NCBI GenBank assembly: GCA_025558095.1
Contig: JAIVFI010000015.1
Span: 186,001-250,000, forward strand
From: Hyaloraphidium curvatum SAG 235-1
Lineage: Eukaryota > Fungi > Monoblepharomycota
DNA: 64,000 nucleotides
Reading direction: 5' to 3'
Shown here in pieces: positions 55,973-64,000 of the stretch. How positions within the stretch are numbered: the stretch's first letter is position 1; each line of letters starts with the position of its first letter. The notes under the pieces were generated by a model that ran no database searches, was not told where the DNA came from, and worked only from the letters and a program-made list of their open reading frames with translations. The position numbers were made by a program, and so were the translations under genes.

Positions 55973-56189
55973 TCTGAGCAGTGTTTGATGCGTGCGGATC
56001 GACATCTCATCAACGCGGGCCCCGCCCGCGGCCGGCGGCAAAATACCGCCCGCTCCCGATCCGATTCGGTTGACACTCGCTGAAACCGCCTGCACGGGGC
56101 TCACCGACCCGGCTCGCTTGATCCGGCGACGACGCGGCCGAAGCTGACGTGCGCGCTGTCGTCGACGCGTCCGCGATCCGGTAGCCGAA

Positions 56190-58007
56190 ATGACTCTCCA
56201 TACGGCTTGGACCTTCGTCCTCGCGGCGCTGGTTGCAGGACCTCTACTGTTATTTGCCTTCAAGGGGGTTCGCCTCGTCGTTTCGAACCTTCTCGCTCGC
56301 CGCGCTCTTGAATATGCCGGCTTCGTGGTGCCTCGGACGCCCGGTTTCTCGTACTTGAAAGGCCACCTGGACCTCTTCATCCGATGCACCGGCCAGGTGT
56401 CGGCCGTGATAATGTGGCTCCGAGCAAACATGCCGGAACTCCAGGAGAAGACTTTCTCCATGTATTTGAGCTTCTTCTTCACGATGATCGTGTCGACCGA
56501 TCCCGATGTCGCCTACCAGGTGCTCCACAAGAAGAACTACGACAAGCAGGACTACGAGACCATCCGTGACGTTGTCGGCAACAGCCTCTTGACGGCCAAC
56601 GGCGAGCCGTGGGCGCGGAAGAGGCGGATTATGAACCACGGGTTCAAGCCGGAGATGATCAAGTCGATGGTTCCGACCTTTGCTCACTACGCACGCCTCA
56701 TGTGCGACATGATCGAACGGGACCTCAGGTCGCGTCCTGAAGGGCCGCAGTCGGCCTGGATCGACATGGCCGAGGTCTTTTCCAAAGCTACCCTGGACAT
56801 CATCGGGGACGTTGCCTTTGGCCACAAGGTCTGTTGATTGCTTGAAACGGGGCTTCGTGGGCGCTGAACAACTCTGTCGGTCTCAGTTCAACTTCACCAT
56901 TTCCCCCGTCAACGACGCCAGGGTCTCGAGCATCAAAGAGATGGTTTACATGTCCCTGTCGGAGCCCGCGAAGCTCCTATCCAACCCGTTGCGGATGATA
57001 ACACACCCCAGGCGGACCTACCAGTACTACCGCCACCTTCGCAAGTTCAAAGCCCTGGGAATGGACATCGTTCGCCGCGCGCGAACACGGGCCGAGGCGT
57101 TGGCTCGCGCAGATTCCAAGGACGCCGGTGACAGCATCCTTGGCCTCATCCTCAAGATGGGCACCCTGAGCGAGGACGACAAGCTCTCGGAGTCGGATCT
57201 GCTTGACGAGATCATGACCTTCCTCGTCGCAGGGTATGCTTGCGACCTCTTTGCAACGTACTGTAGCTAAAGAGCCCGCCCGCAGCCACGAGACCACGGC
57301 GGGAACGGCGTCGTTTGCCCTCCTCTACCTTGCCAAGCACCCGGATTGCCTGGCAAAGGCGGTTGCCGAGGTCGACTCGATTCTCCTCACGCGCGACGCA
57401 CCTTGCGGGTACGAGGAGCAGCACCGCATGGATTACTTGCTCGCGGTGTTTCGCGAGGTTTTGCGGCTTCATCCCGTCGCTCCGGCGGCCATGCGGATTG
57501 CACCTGCGGGCGAAATCATCGACGGCAAAGTTTTGAAGAGACCGACGCCGGTCTTTATTCCGTACGTGCACTTTTCCACACATGACGCCCTCTCACCACA
57601 TCCCTCTATGACGTCTAACTATTCACAGTTACGTCGGCCTCCATCGGAATCGAGAACTTTGGGGCGCAGACGCTGACGAGTTCAGACCGGAGCGCTGGCT
57701 CGGAGCGAGCCCGATCAAGCATCCAATGGCATATGTGCCCTTCTCCAACGGCCCGCGCATCTGCATCGGCAAGGATCTCGCCATGCTCGAGTTCAGGGTG
57801 CTCATGGCGACCTTCTTGCGGCGGTTTCGCTGGCGCATACCGCGAGACCTCGCGTACCGCGACGACGTCCGCGACGGGGATCCCGACTGTTCCGCGGAAC
57901 CGACAGACCGCGCCGCTCTCCCGCCGGGGTTCGAGGTCGCATACAACGAGCAGATCACGCAACGGCCGCGGGAATGCGTCGTGGAGATCCTCGGGCTCCG
58001 AGATTGA
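56190..58007 (+). CDS. Cytochrome P450
   Basis: N-terminal TM anchor, WARKRR, TFLVAG/HETT (I-helix), EVLR, FRPERW, PFSNGPRICIG (heme-binding Cys). Three introns. Confidence 0.95.
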
Positions 58008-58024
58008 TGTGAACCATAGAGTTC

Positions 58025-59371
58025 TTAGTACGTGCTGTACCTCATTGCCTGGTACCGATCGTCCTGGTATCTGCCCGACTGCCCGTAGGACGTGCTTGAG
58101 CCCGAGCCCACCCTGGGCACGCCATTTCGCGACGACGACGAGCTGGCGGGTGGTGCGGCGTAGGAGTCGTAGATGCCACCGTACGGCTGGTAGTTGCGCG
58201 TTGTCCTCATTTCCGGGGCCGTACGGGTGCGCTCCGGCTGGTGCCTGCCCCGGTACGGATCGCGGGAGTCTCGGTAAGGGTCCTGGGGGTCGTGGTACGG
58301 GTCTCTGGATTCCCGGTACCGCCGGGAAGCTCCGAGGTCGCGCCAGTCGGGCGGTTCACCCTGCTTGAGGGCGGCGATCGTTTCCGGAGGTAGCCAGGGG
58401 AATCGCTCGTCCAGCGTCGGCGGAGGAGGCGGGCGCGACGGCTGGGGAGGCGGTCGTGGGCGCTGGGAGCGCGAGGCTCGCGGAGGCGGTTGAGGAGGAT
58501 GGGGATGATGAGGAAGATCGGGCGACGGCGGCGGGTGCGGCGGCGACGGCGTGCGAGGGAGCATGGGAGACCCGGGAGGGGAGCGGGCAGAGAGTTCCGA
58601 GGCCGGAGGGGAGTTGCTGCCCCGGCTGCTGCCGCCCAAGAGACTCTTATCGTCGTGCGGCTTCCTCTTGATGAAGATGATGAGGGCTGCGAGGACGGCG
58701 GCGAGAAAGACGGAGCCTGCCAAGGTGATGCCGATGATCGCCCCGGTAGACAGCCCCGACGACGTGGGCGGAGCGGCGGCGCTCGCCGAGACGCCGTTGG
58801 CACTGATGACCCCCGTGCCAGTGGGCCGGGCCGTTGATGTCACGGATGTCGAGGCTTCCGTCGGGCTCAGGTAGACGAGTCCCGGCGTCTTCGTGGTCGT
58901 CGCGGGCGTTGCTGTAGTCCGCGTAGTCGTGGTGGTGGTCGTCTCGGCGAGGGTGGCAGCGGGCGCCGCGTCGCTGGCCGCGGGGTCGGGTTCGACGACC
59001 GAGGGGCCCACGAGCACGCCGTCGTCGCCGGCGGCATCCGTGGCTTGCTTCTCGTCGCCCACCGCCTTCGGGTACTCGCGCAGCCGGTCGGCGGGGATGT
59101 CCGTCTTGCAGTCCACGACGAAGGTCGTCGCGGCGTCGTACGAGAGCTTCGCGCCCGGCGGGCACGACGTCTGCACGCACTCGATGTAGCGCGGGCACTG
59201 CGCCGCGAGCTCGGTCGATGTCACCGAAGGCATTTCGATGAGCGGCGCGATGGTGTCGGCATAGCATTTGGCGTCATCGCAGTCCGTGGGGCAGGTGTAA
59301 TCGTTGCAGGCCGCCTGCCGCGGTTCCGGCTCCTGGCGGCGCCGCGGTGCCGAGCGCCTCCGGCGGCCCAT
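58025..59371 (-). CDS. Single-pass membrane protein: Cys-rich ectodomain, Thr-rich stalk, TM helix, Pro-rich tail (Mid2/Wsc-like sensor architecture)
   Basis: C..TCPTDC..C...C..C..C...C, TTTTTTTRTT, GLSTGAIIGITLAGSVFLAAVLAALIIFIKRK. No clear signal peptide, so the true start may lie upstream. Confidence 0.7.
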   Translation of the reverse strand: MGRRRRSAPRRRQEPEPRQAACNDYTCPTDCDDAKCYADTIAPLIEMPSVTSTELAAQCPRYIECVQTSCPPGAKLSYDAATTFVVDCKTDIPADRLREYPKAVGDEKQATDAAGDDGVLVGPSVVEPDPAASDAAPAATLAETTTTTTTRTTATPATTTKTPGLVYLSPTEASTSVTSTARPTGTGVISANGVSASAAAPPTSSGLSTGAIIGITLAGSVFLAAVLAALIIFIKRKPHDDKSLLGGSSRGSNSPPASELSARSPPGSPMLPRTPSPPHPPPSPDLPHHPHPPQPPPRASRSQRPRPPPQPSRPPPPPTLDERFPWLPPETIAALKQGEPPDWRDLGASRRYRESRDPYHDPQDPYRDSRDPYRGRHQPERTRTAPEMRTTRNYQPYGGIYDSYAAPPASSSSSRNGVPRVGSGSSTSYGQSGRYQDDRYQAMRYSTY

Positions 59372-59636
59372 TGCGGGCTCTCTACGACGGTCCGTTCAGC
59401 ACGGCAGAGGACTTTGGAGGAGCTCGGCGGCGTGAGACGAGTATGCGCCTTTGCGAAAATTGGGAGGGCGAAAAAGGATCAAAAGGTCCCCCGAGCCAAC
59501 GATGACAAACCGCCGCGCGCAGGCGTGCTGCAACAAGGCAGCGAAGGAACCGATTGAATAAAACGAGCCAGATTAGATTAGCAGATCACTACATACTCGC
59601 CACGCCGACCCGGAGAGGCCGGAAAAGCCGCCCGCC

Positions 59637-60590
59637 TCAGAACGACCAGCGCCCCCCGTCGTGCTCCGAGTTCGCGGGCCGATTCCTCCGCCGCACCGCC
59701 CGCCACACCTTCGTCAGCCCCGCCCGGACCTTCTGCAGCTTCGTCTGTGCGAGCGTGGCGTCCGCATCCCCCGCGACCGCCTTCCCCTCCTTCGCGGCCT
59801 TTTCCGCCGCCGCCGCCGCCGCCGCCCTCGCGCGGCGCTTCCTGACCTGCTGCCTCACCCACGTGTACATCCAGTACGCGTTCAACGGGAGGATCGCGGC
59901 GGCGATGGCGCCGATGGTGCGGTTCTCGCGGAAGAGGTCGGCCGTGAGCCAGGCGTGCCACAGGATGCGGGTGACGAAGTACGAGGAGCCGTAGCGCTTG
60001 TTGACCCGCACTTTGGGGTTCATGGCGCCGACGGCCAGCAGCACCATCGGCAGCTCCTCGAACCAGAAGAGGATGAAGACCGTCGGCAGCCTCGTGGCGA
60101 CGGCGTAGAGGGCGACGAACGAGTAGATGCAGTGGTGCACGTAGCCATTCAGCACCGTCATCTGCGAACGGTAGAAGATCACCCCGAAGGAGAGGTCCAG
60201 GAGCAGGTAGGCCTGGAAGAGCACCACGAGGTGGAAGCTCAGGTCCGTCGACCCGAAAACCGGGTACCGCTCAAAATCGTAGCGGTAAAGCACGAAGCCC
60301 ACAAGCGCGAGGAGTCCTGCGGCGGTCATGGTGGTGCACGACGCCAGCGTGAGCAACCAGCTCGACTGGCGCTCGAAGTCGACCGTCCGTTCGTACCCCT
60401 CCGACTGCCCGCGCAGGAACCACAGCCGGCCGGCGGCGAAAAAGGCCGTGTAAAAGGCGATGCTGGCCGCCAGCGACCAGAGAAACGTCGGGTGCGAGAG
60501 CACGGCGGGGAGCGTCTCGAGAAAAGGTCCCGCGGGGAACGGCGCGGGGTATTCGGCGCTGTACGCCGGGAAGGACGCGGGGAACGGCAT
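59637..60590 (-). CDS. TLC (TRAM/LAG1/CLN8) domain membrane protein
   Basis: FQAYLLLDL.FG..FYRSQMTVLNGYVHH, ELPMVLLAVG, YFVTRILWH, LNAYW. Confidence 0.85.
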   Translation of the reverse strand: MPFPASFPAYSAEYPAPFPAGPFLETLPAVLSHPTFLWSLAASIAFYTAFFAAGRLWFLRGQSEGYERTVDFERQSSWLLTLASCTTMTAAGLLALVGFVLYRYDFERYPVFGSTDLSFHLVVLFQAYLLLDLSFGVIFYRSQMTVLNGYVHHCIYSFVALYAVATRLPTVFILFWFEELPMVLLAVGAMNPKVRVNKRYGSSYFVTRILWHAWLTADLFRENRTIGAIAAAILPLNAYWMYTWVRQQVRKRRARAAAAAAAEKAAKEGKAVAGDADATLAQTKLQKVRAGLTKVWRAVRRRNRPANSEHDGGRWSF

Positions 60591-60876
60591 CGTGCCGGCC
60601 GCGGGGGAGAGCAGCGATCCCGAGGGAAGAACAGGCGCGATGGCCTCCTTCAGGCGCGGAGCCGGCCCGGATGCTCGCCCGACCTTTGGGGATCACGTGG
60701 AATGCACGGACCGATCACGTTGGGCACGAGAACGCCTTAACGCTCGTCCACTCTTGGATATTATAGGCAAAGTCCTACGTGACCTTCCGGCCCGATTCAC
60801 TCCCAGTTGGCCGCGCACGGCGCCTCCATCGTCGGCGTCACCATTCCCTCCCGATCGCCCAACACCGCCCCGCGCC

Positions 60877-62397
60877 TCAAGCGAGCGGCAGCCCCAGCGC
60901 CTCCGCGATCGCACCGGCAACATGCACCGCCGGATTATCGCACTTCCCCACCCTCGGCCCGTCGGGGAGCACCGGCACCCCGGGCGGGCACTCGCCCGCC
61001 GCGATGTCGCTGTTTGCCATCACCATGATCGTCGTCGCCCGCTCGCGGTGGCGCTGCAGGACGGTGTTGAACCCGGGGAGCTCGCCCGTGTGGCCGTACC
61101 AGCCGTTCGAATAGCCGAGGCCGAGGCCGTAGGAGCGGGAGGGCGAGTTGCCGGGGATCGAGAAATCGAACGAGTTGATGCGGGCGGCCTGCATTTCGGG
61201 GCCGAGGAAGCCCGGGCGGCCGTCGACCAGCGCCTTGGCGTAGGCGAGGAGGTCGTCCAGGGAGGAGATCATCGCGCCGGCGGCCCAGCCCCAGGAAGGG
61301 TTCCAATCGCTCGAGTCCGCGGGCTTCCCGTCGGCCTGGCCCTGGAGCGTGTATCCCCGCGCGTGCGGGTCGGGGAACGCGGCGTCCGTGGGGAACACGG
61401 TGTCCGACATGCCGAGGACGTCCAAAACGTTCTCCTGGATCACCTGGTGCAGGGGCTTGCCCGTGACCTGCTCGATCACCATGCCCAGCAGGATGGTGTT
61501 GGTGTTGGAGTAGAAGGTCCGCGTTCCGGGCTCGAAGCTGCCCTGCTCGGGCCCAAACTCGCCCGGGTTGTTTCTTACGATGTCGACCAGCCCGTCGGGG
61601 GTCCAGGGCTTGTACGGGTCCGCAAACAGCTGGTCCTGGAACCCTTCGTCGAAGGTGTAGCTCGGGATGCCGCTGCGCATCGAGGCCAGCTGGCGCAGCG
61701 TCGCCTCGGGGCGGGGCAGGCCGCCCACGTACTTGCCGATCGGGTCCTCGAGGCTGAGGTTGCCGCGCTCGGCGAGCTGCAGGAGCGCGCTGACGGTGAA
61801 GGTCTTTGTGACGCTCCCGATGCGCTGCCTCAGACCGGGTTCCATCGGGGACCTAGCGGGCCACTCCTGGGAGCCCAGCGTCGTCACCCAGCGGCCTTGG
61901 GATGTTTCGACCGCCACAATGAGGCCCGGTGCGCTGATCTCGGCAAAGGCTTTGGCGACCGCGCTTGCGAGAGCCTCCGATACGGTCCCCTTGCCGAGGT
62001 CGTCCCGGTGGACGACGACCGCGGAACCCAGGGCGCCCAGGGCGCGGCTGCACCATCCGTCGGGGCTGCCGTATCCGTCGTCCCCGTAGATCGCCTTGTG
62101 GATCGGCCCGCACTCGAGGTACGGCGTTGAGGACGTCCCGGTCGCGGCGAGGCCGTCGCAGCAGGTCCGGTCTCCGGCGACGACACAGGCCTGGCTGTCG
62201 ATGCTCATACAGGCCGAGTTGCCCCAGGGCGTGAGCTTAACCGGCAGCCATCCTCCGTTTGCCGCGATGCAGGTCCAGCCGGAGCCGGCAAAGACGGGCC
62301 CGCCCGCCGGTGCCACGCACACGGGGCCGGCGGCGACGAGCGCGGCGGGTGCCACGCAGGCGGCGGCAACAGCAGCGAGCGCAGCAGGAAGCCGCAT
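60877..62397 (-). CDS. Secreted fusion: signal peptide + Cys-rich module + serine beta-lactamase/D-Ala-D-Ala carboxypeptidase family hydrolase (intronless)
   Basis: MRLPAALAAVAAACVAPAALVAA; SxxK = RIGSVTKTF, YxN = YSNTN, HTG = GHTGELPGFN, WNPSWGWAAGAMIS. Confidence 0.9.
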   Translation of the reverse strand: MRLPAALAAVAAACVAPAALVAAGPVCVAPAGGPVFAGSGWTCIAANGGWLPVKLTPWGNSACMSIDSQACVVAGDRTCCDGLAATGTSSTPYLECGPIHKAIYGDDGYGSPDGWCSRALGALGSAVVVHRDDLGKGTVSEALASAVAKAFAEISAPGLIVAVETSQGRWVTTLGSQEWPARSPMEPGLRQRIGSVTKTFTVSALLQLAERGNLSLEDPIGKYVGGLPRPEATLRQLASMRSGIPSYTFDEGFQDQLFADPYKPWTPDGLVDIVRNNPGEFGPEQGSFEPGTRTFYSNTNTILLGMVIEQVTGKPLHQVIQENVLDVLGMSDTVFPTDAAFPDPHARGYTLQGQADGKPADSSDWNPSWGWAAGAMISSLDDLLAYAKALVDGRPGFLGPEMQAARINSFDFSIPGNSPSRSYGLGLGYSNGWYGHTGELPGFNTVLQRHRERATTIMVMANSDIAAGECPPGVPVLPDGPRVGKCDNPAVHVAGAIAEALGLPLA

Positions 62398-62518
62398 CGT
62401 TCGAGTGGGCCGTTTGGATTTCGAAGGGGGATTCGCGGGTTTAAAAGCGCCCGCGTCCGCAGCCTCGCTCAGCCCGATCGACCGGCCGCACGCGTCGACT
62501 CCAACGCGGACCGACGAA

Positions 62519-63476
62519 ATGGCGCTGCAGGAGTTCTTCACGGAGTGCTCGCGCGCTCTGGACGACAATGTAGCGGTCCCCGTGGCGCACGGGCCGTGGC
62601 CGTTCCTGTTGCGGTCCTGACGCGTCCGCCCGCCGCAGAACGACCGGCGCGAGCGCATCATCAAGCAGTCGCGCGACGTGACGATCCTCAGCAAGCGCAT
62701 GATCTTCCTGCTGCACCGGTGCGTTGCCGCCCCCCAATCCCCCGATTCGGTGTTGAGACGCGTCCGCCCCCAGCGCGACGCCGCAGACGCTGCCCGCCGT
62801 GCTCGCCGAGGCCGCCGAGAAGCAGGCCGAGCTGCTCTCCCTCATCCGCGCGCTGCGCCCCGAGCTGACCGGCCAGCGGCTGTTCCGCCACCACCGCTCC
62901 GTCGCGGGCGGCGTGGAGGAGTTCGTCGAGGCGGCAACCTTCCTGCGCTACGCCTCGCACGGCCGCGTGCCGTCCTTCGCTGAGATGCGCGCCGAGTTCG
63001 AGGCCGCAACGGGCATGCCGCTCGGCGCCGTGGACTACCTGACCGGCCTGGGCGACCTCACGGGGGAGCTCATGCGCGCGTGCCTCAACGCGGCGGCGAG
63101 GTCCGACGCGCAGGCGGCCGTGCGCGCGTGCGAGGCCGTGCGGGACATCGAGCGGGCGTATCCCGTCGCCGAATTGGCAGCGGCGGGGTGCCTGGGGGGG
63201 TACGGGGTGAGGAAAAAGGTGGACGAGATGCGGAACAGCGTGCGCAAGTGCGAGGCCGCGTGCGCGGCGCTGCGGCTGAGGGGGATGGAGAAGGTGCCCG
63301 GCAGGGTGATGGGGCTCGTCGAGGAGGAGGAGGAGGAGGGCGAGGCGGAGGTTCCGAGGCCGGCGAGCGCGCCGAGGGCGCGGGGAGGCTCGGCCGCACG
63401 GGGGCGCGGGCGGGGACGCGGGCGGGGAGACCGCGGGGACAATCCGGCTCCGATGGAGGACGTAGAGACAGGGTGA
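62519..63476 (+). CDS. TSNAX: Translin-associated factor X (TRAX, C3PO subunit)
   Basis: LDD/NDRRERIIKQSRDVTILSKRMIFLLHR, GVEEFVEA, DYLTGLGDLTGELMR, KKVDEMRNSVRKCE. Two introns. Confidence 0.9.
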
Positions 63477-63583
63477 ATTCAACGAAAAGCTGCCATCTGA
63501 GCTTTGAACTCTTCCTTTCCCCGGGTATCGCCTGCGAAGAAACCGGCAAAGTCCTGGCGCACCAAGCTCTGCGCCTCGGAGCC

Positions 63584-64000
63584 TCAGAGCCCCAGGTCGT
63601 CGTAGTCGCCATCTTCCCCGTCATTAGCCGCCCAGCCGTCCCCACCGTAGTCTTCTTCCACCACGTCTTCCTCCTCCGCCCTCCCCGCCCTCCTCCCCGG
63701 CCCCAGCCCGAGCAGCTCCAACACATCCGAATCGCACCAGCTCCTCTCCCCCTCCCTCGCCCTCTCCCGATCCCCGCACCATCCCCCCTCCTCTTCCCCC
63801 TCGGCCTCGACCCGGATCACCGGCATCGCCGGCAGCCTGTGGTCCGCGGGCTCCGCGAACGGCCTGTACCTTCCCGCCAAGTCCGCGTGCTCCACCTCGA
63901 CCGTCCCCCCCGCGCGCGTGGCAAAGTGCCACACGGGCCGCTCGCCGCCCGAGGGCAGGGCGACGGGGAGCAGCGCCCATTCCTCGCCCGTGATGCGGAG
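63584..64000 (-). CDS. 3' end of a hypothetical protein with acidic C-terminus (continues beyond the window)
   Basis: Open frame running in from the window edge, ending ...EDGDYDDLGL*. Confidence 0.45.
   Translation of the reverse strand, partial: LRITGEEWALLPVALPSGGERPVWHFATRAGGTVEVEHADLAGRYRPFAEPADHRLPAMPVIRVEAEGEEEGGWCGDRERAREGERSWCDSDVLELLGLGPGRRAGRAEEEDVVEEDYGGDGWAANDGEDGDYDDLGL

Noticed and set aside
62398-62700. Extra ~100 N-terminal residues of the 607-aa ORF 60877-62700
   Set aside because: They overlap the TRAX gene on the opposite strand; the signal peptide begins at the Met at 62397.
1-64000. Many long overlapping or antisense ORFs (e.g. 26786-28963 -, 30902-32635 +, 60460-62130 +, 39784-41136 -, 6515-7735 +, 1200-2366 -)
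   Set aside because: Arg/Pro/Gly/Ala-rich translations with no motifs that lie opposite or off-frame to well-supported genes; expected from stop-codon scarcity at high GC.
1-64000. CRISPR arrays, rRNA/tRNA genes, prokaryotic operons or defence systems
   Set aside because: The sequence is eukaryotic with spliceosomal introns; no regularly spaced repeats or structured RNA genes were recognised by eye. A tRNAscan/Infernal run would be needed to exclude small RNAs.

Overview
Gene-dense, very GC-rich eukaryotic DNA with many short (about 50-60 nt) GT-AG introns and CTGAC/CTAAC-like branch points. Two Zn2Cys6 transcription factors and an Ftr1 iron permease point to a fungus; an early-diverging chytrid/monoblepharid such as Hyaloraphidium is my inference from composition and gene content, not a database result. 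About 34 protein-coding loci are supported. I recognised no rRNA, tRNA, CRISPR array or transposase. Most long ORF-track entries are antisense or off-frame shadows caused by the high GC content. The standout is 51445-54461 (-): hand splicing gives one 8-exon, ~873-aa protein in which a complete ceruloplasmin/hephaestin-like two-domain multicopper oxidase is inserted into extracellular loop 6 of an Ftr1 iron permease, i.e. a single-chain ferroxidase-permease. Other highlights: an intronless, bacterial-type serine beta-lactamase/DD-peptidase fused to a Cys-rich secreted module that recurs, split by introns, in another gene 35 kb away; two near-identical tandem introns flanking a 7-nt micro-exon; four PTS1-tagged catabolic enzymes within 20 kb; an (R)-selective amine transaminase; and a triplicated secreted Cys/RGG protein family. 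Exon boundaries were read by eye and need RNA-seq confirmation.
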